Assembly (NCBI GenBank): GCA_040437565.1
Contig: JBDOQK010000002.1
Location: forward strand, 372,001-436,000
Direction of reading: 5' to 3'
DNA: 64,000 bases
Source: Albugo candida
Lineage: Eukaryota
Shown: one piece after another, positions 13,313 to 25,000 of the stretch
Layout of the letters: each line of letters opens with the position of its first letter
Numbering within the stretch: the first letter of the stretch is position 1
Notes under the pieces: generated by a model
Databases searched by the model: none
Told to the model about the DNA's origin: nothing
Seen by the model: only the letters and a program-made list of their open reading frames with translations
Made by a program: the position numbers and the translations under genes

Positions 13313-14893
13313 CTATTCTGGAGGGACCCATGAAGTGAGTCCAGGGCGAATCATCAATGGACCTTTGATGGGCAATGAAAGGGACAATTCGTAAGTGATC
13401 GCAAAAGGATCCTGTAGCGTTGGGAGGTCGAAGCGACTAATCAGACTTGCGATTGTCATCTTCATCTCCATCATTGCAAATTTCGCACCAAGACAATATC
13501 GAGGTCCAGCATGAAATACTGTGAATTTGAAAGGTGACACTTGTATCAATTTTCCTGTGTCAAAATCAATCCATCTCTCCGGTTTATATTCTGCAGCATC
13601 ATCTCCCCAAATAGACTTCATCCGGCCGATTGCGTAAGAAGATATGACCGCACGAGTTCCCTCAGGCACGAATGTGCCGTCACTCAAAATAGTGTCTTTG
13701 TTAGCGACACGACCATTAACTGGTGCGGCAGGATTCAATCGAAGACTTTCTTTGATGGCTGCTTCTAGATAAATCAGCTCCCCAAGTTCCTTTCGAGTAG
13801 GTGTTTTCACGGTCCCATAGATAAGTGCGGGCAATTTTTCATGCAATTCATTTCGAATTTTTTCCAGAACCCGAGGATTTCGATTCAGCATTACCATGAT
13901 CCAACATAGACTATGAGATGTTGTTCCTTTACCGGCCGCAATGTATGTAAGTGTCATGTCTCTGATAAACTTTGGCGTAATTTCAATCTCAGAGTCAGCC
14001 GCACTGTCGAGAAAAAGTTCAATCAAATCTTTTCTTCCGCTGTCTGATTCGAGTGTTGTATCAGCGTCTTTTGTTGTCTTCTTTGTTATCGACTGGTTGA
14101 TGATATCAAATATGAAATCGTTGATGATTTTTATGTCCTGACGAAATTCTTTCTCATTTCCATAATCCAAAAACTTTTTGAGTTTCCACCACCACACAGG
14201 TTCCGATGTCCGAAGTTGTAAGACCTTTGGGGCTCTCGTAATCGCGTGCATAAAAGTCTTGTACTGTGCACTTCCTTTCAAACCATCCAAATCAACTCCA
14301 AATCCGATTTTGGTGAATACATCCAAAGTGAGGTACTCCATAAGACTTTTGAAGTCAATCACTTGTTGCATCTCACACGCTTTGCTAACATATTCAATCA
14401 AAGTCTCAACGTGTTTGATGATTTCGTATTCCACTGTAGTGCGCAACATTTTACTTGAAAATAAACGACCCGAGATTTTGCGCTGATGTAGCCATTTCTC
14501 TCCATCAACGGCAATAATGCCTTCACCAAACATGTCTTGAGCGATTTCAGTTGAGATTTTACCTTTCACAAAAGTCTCAAATTGCGTTTGCAATACATCT
14601 TCAATCGTTGACGTGGTTGTCAAAACGATAGAAAGAGGACGACCAAGACTTGTCAAAAGCCAAGGCTTCCCTGCATGTCTGACGCATTCATCAGTGAACC
14701 AATCATGCAGACGATGACGCTGTTTCTTTCCTAAATCCAGTGTGTTTCCTAGAAATGGTAACGTGGAACTCGGTCGTGGCAAGCGGAACAATGAGTTAGT
14801 TGCCTTGTGATGCTCATAGTACCAGAAAATGAAGATCGGAATGCTGAGTAGAAATACGTAGGATTGCACGAGGGACTGGAGGAGAGTCCACAT
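13313..14893 (-). CDS. Cytochrome P450, CYP86/CYP704-like oomycete type (copy 1)
   Basis: N-terminal transmembrane segment, LPFLGN, AGKGTT I-helix, ESLR, PERW and the FHAGPRYCLG heme-Cys motif. Single exon, 526 aa. Confidence 0.95.
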   Translation of the reverse strand: MWTLLQSLVQSYVFLLSIPIFIFWYYEHHKATNSLFRLPRPSSTLPFLGNTLDLGKKQRHRLHDWFTDECVRHAGKPWLLTSLGRPLSIVLTTTSTIEDVLQTQFETFVKGKISTEIAQDMFGEGIIAVDGEKWLHQRKISGRLFSSKMLRTTVEYEIIKHVETLIEYVSKACEMQQVIDFKSLMEYLTLDVFTKIGFGVDLDGLKGSAQYKTFMHAITRAPKVLQLRTSEPVWWWKLKKFLDYGNEKEFRQDIKIINDFIFDIINQSITKKTTKDADTTLESDSGRKDLIELFLDSAADSEIEITPKFIRDMTLTYIAAGKGTTSHSLCWIMVMLNRNPRVLEKIRNELHEKLPALIYGTVKTPTRKELGELIYLEAAIKESLRLNPAAPVNGRVANKDTILSDGTFVPEGTRAVISSYAIGRMKSIWGDDAAEYKPERWIDFDTGKLIQVSPFKFTVFHAGPRYCLGAKFAMMEMKMTIASLISRFDLPTLQDPFAITYELSLSLPIKGPLMIRPGLTSWVPPE

Positions 14894-15261
14894 TTTCAGA
14901 GATAATTGAAAATGCCAATGGTCACTCGTTAGCCTCTTACTGCCTTGACAGTAAGATGTTAGAAAAGGTTTCTAAAATCGGGGACGAGCCAGTGTTTTAA
15001 TTCTCCATACTTCTCAGCATGCGACTTTCCTAATGAAATTACAGTTGCCGAAAGCATAAAGTATCAATGAGTGGCCTTTATGCGATTCATCAGCTGGGCA
15101 AGAAGGGCTACGTCGCACGTTTTGGTTGAGGTGAAAAGTTATGTAGCTTTTCTGTGGATGAAAACAAAACACCTAACATTGGCAACGTGTACACATTCAG
15201 CACTATGATTGAGCTCTACGTTCCAAAATTACAGGTAAAAAAAGAAAGGTAGCTTTCTATC

Positions 15262-16679
15262 CTATAATTCAACAACGTCCTTTCCATTGTTCATTCGCGA
15301 TCCAGGTCCTGCATGATAGCCGTTCATTGGTTGAGAATACGGTCGGGCAATACGGTCGTCTGAATCATACGCGTAAGCGTAGTCACACGAATCCGTTGGT
15401 TGTTCGTAGTTACCTGGTTGCTGCCGTCCATTTCGATCGTCGTGATGAGGAGAACGATCTTTTCTGAAGTATTCATCTAAATTTGGCTGATCCTCTTCAT
15501 CGTATTTTCCGGCTTTTTGTAGCTTGTATTTCCGATAAAATGCATACACTCCACGAAGCATCAGTATGAAAATCATAAACGCATTCAGTCCAACGATAGT
15601 CAGAGAAACTCCATGCTGGAGATCGGTCGGGAACCCGTCAGCGCTGGCCGCACTGATCAGAAAAAAAGTGAGGATGAGCACGGCCATTTTCATCAATGTT
15701 ACAAAACTGGTCGTTGTTTGAGCAAATCGAGAATTGTAAGGGGAACGGATCTCCAAATATAAGAAAAATAGGACATTGGAAACCAAAAGAATTGCAAGTT
15801 GCGCCGTAGTACTGATTCCAACGTATCCAGTCACACACCCGGAAATTAATGCCAGCATCATTTTTGGAGCAAAAAAGAATCGATGTCGGTATTTGTACTC
15901 GTCGTATAGTGGCCCATAGCGCAAACATACTTTTTTATCCAAATGTCCTGGTGTGCCAACGTCTTTGATTTCTTCCTCGTGACGTTTGATGACGAAGTAA
16001 CCGTAGACGATAATACCAAACGCAAGGAAGATAATGGATAAGACTGCAGCGTATAGTTTGATGTCGTGGAGCGCATTTGTATCGAAGGACCGATATATCT
16101 GATAAGTTGCTGCAACACCGATCGAGTATTGACTCACGATTAGGATCAGGATTACAAAACCAATCGTTCTGTCATAGAATTTGGCAACAAAGTCTCTGCG
16201 AGACATGAACAAACCAGACAGAGCATACGCAATCAAGAACAGACCCAGTACACAACCAAGAACCGTAGCGACACCGGCTAACGCGCTTACAAACAGCATA
16301 TCTTCGTCGATTCCTACGTTTCGACAATATGTTGATATCCCAGATTCGGAAGACGTCATATCAAAATCTGATAGCCGACGAGTGCCGAAATTGTTCATAT
16401 CAGTATCTTCGAATTTGTAAAAGAGAAACATGGAAGCAGCCAATTGCTTTCCTGCCGAGCTTATGATATAGGAACCTCCCTCGAGCTTCAGCATGCTCAC
16501 GAAAACCATGAATTGACATACGTCGATAGATGCGACAGCAGTGTTGCCTGAAGATGCAGCGGCCATTGCTGAGGTACTGACTCCACCAACTCCAGCTGCT
16601 CCACCACCTACCGCCGCCGCCACGCTGATCACACCAGTTAAAGCTATGGTAGTACTCGCAAATGCTTTTGTAACCGGTG
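15262..16679 (-). CDS. Partial (3') copy of the TRP/FLC-like membrane protein, cut by the gap
   Basis: Same translation as 18942-20359. The ORF track's N-terminus across the Ns is a chimera. Confidence 0.7.
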
Positions 16680-16992
16680 NNNNNNNNNNNNNNNNNNNNN
16701 NNNNNNNNNNNNNNNNNNNNNNNNNNNNNNNNNNNNNNNNNNNNNNNNNNNNNNNNNNNNNNNNNNNNNNNNNNNNNNNTCGCTGATAATTAACCCCGCT
16801 GAGAGCAGGATATTCGTATGCACTTGGTCTAATCAACTCTCTCGCGTCCAATGTTGACACATTATCGGATGAACGTCCTCCCGTCGCAACTAGTAGGTGC
16901 TCAGGTCAAAAACACAATTTCTTACATCGATACATCTGTGTACAAGAAAGTAGCAAACAAGGCTGATTAAACGACAGCGTTTCAATCCTAGC

Positions 16993-18573
16993 CTATTCTG
17001 GAGGGACCCATGAAGTGAGTCCAGGGCGAATCATCAATGGACCTTTGATGGGCAATGAAAGGGACAATTCGTAAGTGATCGCAAAAGGATCCTGTAGCGT
17101 TGGGAGGTCGAAGCGACTAATCAGACTTGCGATTGTCATCTTCATCTCCATCATTGCAAATTTCGCACCAAGACAATATCGAGGTCCAGCATGAAATACT
17201 GTGAATTTGAAAGGTGACACTTGTATCAATTTTCCTGTGTCAAAATCAATCCATCTCTCCGGTTTATATTCTGCAGCATCATCTCCCCAAATAGACTTCA
17301 TCCGGCCGATTGCGTAAGAAGATATGACCGCACGAGTTCCCTCAGGCACGAATGTGCCGTCACTCAAAATAGTGTCTTTGTTAGCGACACGACCATTAAC
17401 TGGTGCGGCAGGATTCAATCGAAGACTTTCTTTGATGGCTGCTTCTAGATAAATCAGCTCCCCAAGTTCCTTTCGAGTAGGTGTTTTCACGGTCCCATAG
17501 ATAAGTGCGGGCAATTTTTCATGCAATTCATTTCGAATTTTTTCCAGAACCCGAGGATTTCGATTCAGCATTACCATGATCCAACATAGACTATGAGATG
17601 TTGTTCCTTTACCGGCCGCAATGTATGTAAGTGTCATGTCTCTGATAAACTTTGGCGTAATTTCAATCTCAGAGTCAGCCGCACTGTCGAGAAAAAGTTC
17701 AATCAAATCTTTTCTTCCGCTGTCTGATTCGAGTGTTGTATCAGCGTCTTTTGTTGTCTTCTTTGTTATCGACTGGTTGATGATATCAAATATGAAATCG
17801 TTGATGATTTTTATGTCCTGACGAAATTCTTTCTCATTTCCATAATCCAAAAACTTTTTGAGTTTCCACCACCACACAGGTTCCGATGTCCGAAGTTGTA
17901 AGACCTTTGGGGCTCTCGTAATCGCGTGCATAAAAGTCTTGTACTGTGCACTTCCTTTCAAACCATCCAAATCAACTCCAAATCCGATTTTGGTGAATAC
18001 ATCCAAAGTGAGGTACTCCATAAGACTTTTGAAGTCAATCACTTGTTGCATCTCACACGCTTTGCTAACATATTCAATCAAAGTCTCAACGTGTTTGATG
18101 ATTTCGTATTCCACTGTAGTGCGCAACATTTTACTTGAAAATAAACGACCCGAGATTTTGCGCTGATGTAGCCATTTCTCTCCATCAACGGCAATAATGC
18201 CTTCACCAAACATGTCTTGAGCGATTTCAGTTGAGATTTTACCTTTCACAAAAGTCTCAAATTGCGTTTGCAATACATCTTCAATCGTTGACGTGGTTGT
18301 CAAAACGATAGAAAGAGGACGACCAAGACTTGTCAAAAGCCAAGGCTTCCCTGCATGTCTGACGCATTCATCAGTGAACCAATCATGCAGACGATGACGC
18401 TGTTTCTTTCCTAAATCCAGTGTGTTTCCTAGAAATGGTAACGTGGAACTCGGTCGTGGCAAGCGGAACAATGAGTTAGTTGCCTTGTGATGCTCATAGT
18501 ACCAGAAAATGAAGATCGGAATGCTGAGTAGAAATACGTAGGATTGCACGAGGGACTGGAGGAGAGTCCACAT
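16993..18573 (-). CDS. Cytochrome P450 (copy 2, same translation; likely artefactual duplicate)
   Basis: Same 526-aa translation as 13313-14893. Confidence 0.85.
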   Translation of the reverse strand: MWTLLQSLVQSYVFLLSIPIFIFWYYEHHKATNSLFRLPRPSSTLPFLGNTLDLGKKQRHRLHDWFTDECVRHAGKPWLLTSLGRPLSIVLTTTSTIEDVLQTQFETFVKGKISTEIAQDMFGEGIIAVDGEKWLHQRKISGRLFSSKMLRTTVEYEIIKHVETLIEYVSKACEMQQVIDFKSLMEYLTLDVFTKIGFGVDLDGLKGSAQYKTFMHAITRAPKVLQLRTSEPVWWWKLKKFLDYGNEKEFRQDIKIINDFIFDIINQSITKKTTKDADTTLESDSGRKDLIELFLDSAADSEIEITPKFIRDMTLTYIAAGKGTTSHSLCWIMVMLNRNPRVLEKIRNELHEKLPALIYGTVKTPTRKELGELIYLEAAIKESLRLNPAAPVNGRVANKDTILSDGTFVPEGTRAVISSYAIGRMKSIWGDDAAEYKPERWIDFDTGKLIQVSPFKFTVFHAGPRYCLGAKFAMMEMKMTIASLISRFDLPTLQDPFAITYELSLSLPIKGPLMIRPGLTSWVPPE

Positions 18574-18941
18574 TTTCAGAGATAATTGAAAATGCCAATG
18601 GTCACTCGTTAGCCTCTTACTGCCTTGACAGTAAGATGTTAGAAAAGGTTTCTAAAATCGGGGACGAGCCAGTGTTTTAATTCTCCATACTTCTCAGCAT
18701 GCGACTTTCCTAATGAAATTACAGTTGCCGAAAGCATAAAGTATCAATGAGTGGCCTTTATGCGATTCATCAGCTGGGCAAGAAGGGCTACGTCGCACGT
18801 TTTGGTTGAGGTGAAAAGTTATGTAGCTTTTCTGTGGATGAAAACAAAACACCTAACATTGGCAACGTGTACACATTCAGCACTATGATTGAGCTCTACG
18901 TTCCAAAATTACAGGTAAAAAAAGAAAGGTAGCTTTCTATC

Positions 18942-21563
18942 CTATAATTCAACAACGTCCTTTCCATTGTTCATTCGCGATCCAGGTCCTGCATGATAGC
19001 CGTTCATTGGTTGAGAATACGGTCGGGCAATACGGTCGTCTGAATCATACGCGTAAGCGTAGTCACACGAATCCGTTGGTTGTTCGTAGTTACCTGGTTG
19101 CTGCCGTCCATTTCGATCGTCGTGATGAGGAGAACGATCTTTTCTGAAGTATTCATCTAAATTTGGCTGATCCTCTTCATCGTATTTTCCGGCTTTTTGT
19201 AGCTTGTATTTCCGATAAAATGCATACACTCCACGAAGCATCAGTATGAAAATCATAAACGCATTCAGTCCAACGATAGTCAGAGAAACTCCATGCTGGA
19301 GATCGGTCGGGAACCCGTCAGCGCTGGCCGCACTGATCAGAAAAAAAGTGAGGATGAGCACGGCCATTTTCATCAATGTTACAAAACTGGTCGTTGTTTG
19401 AGCAAATCGAGAATTGTAAGGGGAACGGATCTCCAAATATAAGAAAAATAGGACATTGGAAACCAAAAGAATTGCAAGTTGCGCCGTAGTACTGATTCCA
19501 ACGTATCCAGTCACACACCCGGAAATTAATGCCAGCATCATTTTTGGAGCAAAAAAGAATCGATGTCGGTATTTGTACTCGTCGTATAGTGGCCCATAGC
19601 GCAAACATACTTTTTTATCCAAATGTCCTGGTGTGCCAACGTCTTTGATTTCTTCCTCGTGACGTTTGATGACGAAGTAACCGTAGACGATAATACCAAA
19701 CGCAAGGAAGATAATGGATAAGACTGCAGCGTATAGTTTGATGTCGTGGAGCGCATTTGTATCGAAGGACCGATATATCTGATAAGTTGCTGCAACACCG
19801 ATCGAGTATTGACTCACGATTAGGATCAGGATTACAAAACCAATCGTTCTGTCATAGAATTTGGCAACAAAGTCTCTGCGAGACATGAACAAACCAGACA
19901 GAGCATACGCAATCAAGAACAGACCCAGTACACAACCAAGAACCGTAGCGACACCGGCTAACGCGCTTACAAACAGCATATCTTCGTCGATTCCTACGTT
20001 TCGACAATATGTTGATATCCCAGATTCGGAAGACGTCATATCAAAATCTGATAGCCGACGAGTGCCGAAATTGTTCATATCAGTATCTTCGAATTTGTAA
20101 AAGAGAAACATGGAAGCAGCCAATTGCTTTCCTGCCGAGCTTATGATATAGGAACCTCCCTCGAGCTTCAGCATGCTCACGAAAACCATGAATTGACATA
20201 CGTCGATAGATGCGACAGCAGTGTTGCCTGAAGATGCAGCGGCCATTGCTGAGGTACTGACTCCACCAACTCCAGCTGCTCCACCACCTACCGCCGCCGC
20301 CACGCTGATCACACCAGTTAAAGCTATGGTAGTACTCGCAAATGCTTTTGTAACCGGTGTGATAACAGCAGCAGTTTTCGTAGTCTCATCATTTTTGATC
20401 ACTCCCTGTGTAATTCCAAATGATCGATCTTTTTTCTTCTGTTCATCTGTCAACTCTCCACTGAATGTGGAACAAGAGCAAGCTGCGAAGGAAGCACACT
20501 CTTTTGTGGAAACAAAACTCTGGTCTGCTGCGATCGCAGAAAATCCCGTCACTCGTTTCGTAAAGTCTTTGACCATGCTCGGGTTCATAAACGATATCAG
20601 ACTGAGATTTTTGTAGATTAATGATTGGAATCCATTCGTGGCTGTATAAGACCATTTATCATTGAGACAAGCTGGAAATCGGCATAAAGACACGCAAGCG
20701 TCTCCGGGTATGCCGTAAAACTGCCCTCCATATACTGAGCACTTGCTCGACGTGACAGCAGCAGAAACGTCCAAATCAGCACCACCACAAGTGAGTTTCT
20801 TTTTGAGCCATTGACCGTAAAACTTTTCATCGCACACAATTGTGTTAGAATCGTCTTTATCTACGTCTTGAATAACAGGTGCTGGTACCAATGGTACTTT
20901 TGTGGTATCTAACTTGCTTGTATCGTCCGAGGTGTTTAAGGGGACATTGACATCATCCTCCTTCACGGTAGTCAAAGAATTTAGCGAGTCTGGACTGTTC
21001 GTACTAGTATTCAATTCGAGTAGTGATCGTGTGTTATTATTGAGCGAATCCACAGTCGATGCTTCAATGGGCGGACTTAGTGGAGGTACTGCTGGCTCTG
21101 GAGCTTGAGAACTCGCAGTTTCTGGCGGTGTCGTGGTTTCTTCCGTTTTCTTTTTAGTGTCTTCGTGCTGACGAGGAGAAGTCTCTTTTTTTGTGGGGTT
21201 TTCTATTGATGTAGGCGTGTGTGTTGTCGAAGGTGTGGTTGGTATGAGCGACACGTCTAAATCGGTTGGTGTTCTAGCTTTTGTGGCTTTTGATGAGGCT
21301 GACGTGTTGCTTGCATTGACAATCAAAGAGTTTTCCTCGATCTTCGTTTGACCAGGTTGGTTTGGGCTTTTCGTTTTATGTAACTCGGTCGTGTTCAATG
21401 TAGAATCACCTGGAGCGTGCTCCTTTGCTTCAGTGAGCGTAGTTGCCACAGAAGACAGCATATCCAGTCTGCATTTTGCTTGTGCGTCACTGTATTGTGC
21501 AGGATAATACACTAGTATCAAAAGTAACGCGGGAGCTGACGGACACCAAGAACGCACGCGCAT
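18942..21563 (-). CDS. Signal peptide + mucin-like S/T/P region + Cys-rich domain + multi-TM TRP/FLC(PF06011)-like domain
   Basis: Hydrophobic N-terminus, T/P/S-rich stalk, ~8 Cys and ~8 hydrophobic helices. YGPLYDEYK resembles the G-x-L-Y-x-x-Y/F-K motif of the FLC/PKD2-like TRP family. Confidence 0.7.
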   Translation of the reverse strand: MRVRSWCPSAPALLLILVYYPAQYSDAQAKCRLDMLSSVATTLTEAKEHAPGDSTLNTTELHKTKSPNQPGQTKIEENSLIVNASNTSASSKATKARTPTDLDVSLIPTTPSTTHTPTSIENPTKKETSPRQHEDTKKKTEETTTPPETASSQAPEPAVPPLSPPIEASTVDSLNNNTRSLLELNTSTNSPDSLNSLTTVKEDDVNVPLNTSDDTSKLDTTKVPLVPAPVIQDVDKDDSNTIVCDEKFYGQWLKKKLTCGGADLDVSAAVTSSKCSVYGGQFYGIPGDACVSLCRFPACLNDKWSYTATNGFQSLIYKNLSLISFMNPSMVKDFTKRVTGFSAIAADQSFVSTKECASFAACSCSTFSGELTDEQKKKDRSFGITQGVIKNDETTKTAAVITPVTKAFASTTIALTGVISVAAAVGGGAAGVGGVSTSAMAAASSGNTAVASIDVCQFMVFVSMLKLEGGSYIISSAGKQLAASMFLFYKFEDTDMNNFGTRRLSDFDMTSSESGISTYCRNVGIDEDMLFVSALAGVATVLGCVLGLFLIAYALSGLFMSRRDFVAKFYDRTIGFVILILIVSQYSIGVAATYQIYRSFDTNALHDIKLYAAVLSIIFLAFGIIVYGYFVIKRHEEEIKDVGTPGHLDKKVCLRYGPLYDEYKYRHRFFFAPKMMLALISGCVTGYVGISTTAQLAILLVSNVLFFLYLEIRSPYNSRFAQTTTSFVTLMKMAVLILTFFLISAASADGFPTDLQHGVSLTIVGLNAFMIFILMLRGVYAFYRKYKLQKAGKYDEEDQPNLDEYFRKDRSPHHDDRNGRQQPGNYEQPTDSCDYAYAYDSDDRIARPYSQPMNGYHAGPGSRMNNGKDVVEL

Positions 21564-22077
21564 CGAAGTTTATAGGTTGGACAAAGGTTTAGAATTGGTC
21601 GTCTTTCTAGACAATTGAAGCCAAAGGTTTTTGGTTTTTGATGCTGGCTTCTTAGTAGAAGCAGGTGTCCTAGCCCTACTGGCGTTTCAACCCAGTTCGT
21701 CTCTCGACCGAACCTATGACCTCAGTTCCTGTAGTCCACAACATTAGGTGTAACGAAACAGAATCAGATCACATAGAGCATAGTATTTAAAGAAATCTCA
21801 CGCCAGAGACGACGTAGTTTCAGCCGTACTCGCTTTCTTACTATCATGCGATTACAATGACTACGTATTACTCGCAGTTTTTATTTTCACGATCTGAGTA
21901 CACCATGCTTACGGCGCAAGCAATGTAATCACTCATTACAAAGAAGTCTGGGTGGTATAACGTATCATACGTAGCTGGTGGACCTGACAGAAGTAGGACA
22001 CACCTTCCTTGTTTCGACGAAAAACGGCAAAAGATGCGAGTGCGCAGAAATGGCCTGCGAGTTGCCATACTCGGTTC

Positions 22078-25000
22078 TCATCTTGATCCTGATGCCTTTG
22101 TCGCAGTTAAGTCCACTACTTCCGCAACGACTTCATCTTCAGACACACGTCGTATACTTTCAACTTCCAGTGAAGTCTCACACATTGGACAAGTTTGCTC
22201 ATTTTGCAAATGAGCCTCAAACTGAGTGAATAAAGCTGGCATCGCGCAGTGTGGGCATATTGACCAATCTTGCTTGACCATGTGATAACCCTACAAAATT
22301 GTGTTGGCATAAAAAGCCGCAGAAAGTAATGTTTTTCGAGTGTTACGTACTGATGCGATGCAGTACGGAATGTGATTTTTACATTTGCCACAATCTAGCT
22401 CGTCCTGTAACACCTCATTCTGGCAGTAAGGACATGGGGTAGTTGGATCTGGAGGCTGTTCCTTGCTGGGTCGTCTCACAATTGCTTCAATCTTGCGTCG
22501 TATTTCTTTATCAATGCTGTTTCGATATTCAGGGCGCATGAGAATCATTGCGTGTTCATACGAATATGCTCGAAGTCCAGCACGCTGACATTCGATAACA
22601 GCTGATATCAATATATTTGACGTGTGTGTAGGAAATTTGGAAAGATGTTTAGCAACACGTAAAAGCATTCGAGCGGCTGCAACGTGATCGTTCCTTTTAA
22701 CAAGTTTTTTCACCAGCACATAACTGTGCAAAAGCATCAGTCCGTGGGATAATTCTTGGTTAACATAGATTTTATAGTGCGTTAGCTGTCGATACGTTTC
22801 CAATAAAACATCATGTGCCACTTTATAATTACCCAAATCTTGTTCCTGACGCGAAATGATGAGCGCTGTTTTCGCAGCTTGCGTGTAATTACCCAGCGCC
22901 ATGTACAATCGGAAAATATGATGCGGGTCTTTAGGAATTCCGTCTGATTCACCCATCAAATAGTCGATCAACGTGTGTGTCAGCATATCGTTTCGCGCCT
23001 TCCCAACCACATCGATCGCTTTTGGAACGAATACGTCTCCGCATTGCAGGTACAAGCGAACGGCTTTGTGGTAATTCCCACAAATTTGATAAAAATTCGC
23101 AGCAACAGCTGGATTTTTTTGAGCACTTGTCTCATAATACGATGCGACTTTCCCGGCTCGTTCTGTCGATATTTTGTCGCCCAAAAGGTGTGTGAAAGTC
23201 GCAACTTCGTGGTGGGTCATTGCGAGTTGAAAAGCGTCTTCCTCTTTATTCGCTAATAGTAAAAACTCGATTGCGATTGGAAAATATCCTGATTTTGTGC
23301 AATACTTTGCAGCGGATAGTGCTCCTTCAGACGATTTGGTAGCACGAACTATTTCAAAAGCCTTCTCGATGTTACTAAGATGCTCTAATTGGATACGGAC
23401 GACATTATCCATATCGTTGGCAGCTTCATAAGCCTCTGAAGCTGCTTGAAAGTCTCCGGCTGCCTCTTTTGCTCGACCATATTGACCATGAAGCTTTGGT
23501 GTTTGGACCTTTTCCATCAGTGGAGCCGCTTTGATTAGATTCTTCATCTGGATATAGAGTTGTACAGCTTTCTCGGGCTGGTCTCCACGTTCAAATAACT
23601 GAGCAGCTTCGGTGTATTGCTTCAGGCTTTCCAAAATCGAGGCACAATCGCGACACGTTATTGGATCATCGACCTCTGATAAAATACGAAATCCTCGACG
23701 TACGTCTCCGAGATGGAATGTACACCGAGCAACACCAGCAATCGATTTTCGACGGACATTTTCACTACAGACGACCAAAGCTCCACTCGCATCGGTGGCG
23801 TTTGTAACGTGTTCATACATTTTAAGAGCGCCTTCATATTCACCTCGGAACTCGAGTTGATTCGCATACGAGAGACTCAAGCCTGGTACCATGTCGACCG
23901 CAAGGGAGTCAGCCAATTTTAATGCCTGATCCCATTGAAGCAAATGTTTCTGCATTTGTAATGCAGCCATCGGATCGGTGGAATTCAAAAAATGACGTTT
24001 TGCCTCCATGTAAGCCCCCAATAAAAGCGACAAGTGTCCAGCAAGGAGATTTTTTTCTTCGATGTCTTCGATTCGAGAAAGATTCATTACCATTGCGGCG
24101 TCTCCGAGCTTTCTGTATACTCGTTTCGCAATCGAAACGTTCAGTGTATGCATAGCTCTACCCGCCAATGCGAGCCAGAAATCACGCTGATCAATACGCA
24201 CTGCACACTGCCAAGCTGCCTCCAGACGCAATAAGCTTAGATTCTGGCAAAACAATTCTTTTTCATTCTCCACACTTTGGCTACTTCGTTGTGGCTTCTG
24301 AAACTGGTCGTGTGAGCATGATACAATCGTCTCGAGTTTACCGGAAGTATGTTGACATGTAACAACTCCATCGTATATCAAGATGGGTGCATGATCATGA
24401 GATACCTTGGTTTCTTGTGGAGCAATCACGACTTCCCCGTCATCATGAACCTCCAAATACCCCAATTCGGTCACTTCAGCGCCATTCACACTCGCATCGG
24501 TATAATGAAACAATGAAAAACTGTTGCTTTGCGTGGCGATAAACACACTCGGATCGCTCATATCCCAGAGAAGTTGCTGCACATTGTTTGCAATAGTTGG
24601 AAGATACAAAACCTCTCTTGTTGTCGCATTCAAAAGATAACAGCGACGTCGCGTGTCGATAAACGCCACTCGTGTTCCAGATCGATTGGGTGCCATCAGA
24701 CTTATGCCAACTCCATCATCGTGGTAGTACGAAGACCCCAAGAGAGCACTCCATTCTTGCAGATAAAAATAATGAATCTTTCCAGTTCCGTTGGAAGTCG
24801 CATAAATTAAAAAGTCTTTCGTCAAGGCGATGGATGTTATGTGAATAGTTTTGTCCTCGCTGTTCCCTGGGAATAGTTGGCTTTCCCGACCATTATCTCG
24901 TGGTCGATTACTTGCACTACTGGGCTCAATTCGATGCAAATGAGCGATTCCGTCATACAACACACACGCATATTCTCGACTCAGCTTGGTTTGCACGACA

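Larger units (their letters stand above)
13100..20359. repeat. 3580-bp direct duplication across N gap (13100-16679 = 16780-20359); probable assembly overlap
   Basis: Offset is 3680 and the two copies give identical ORF translations. Each copy abuts gap 16680-16779. Confidence 0.9.

Noticed and set aside
15262..16860. 532-aa ORF with a novel N-terminus
   Set aside because: It is a chimera read through Ns. The real gene is 18942-21563.
13313..18573. Tandem P450 duplication as recent gene amplification
   Set aside because: The copies give identical translations and the repeat ends exactly at a 100-N gap, as at all other gaps. An assembly overlap is more likely.
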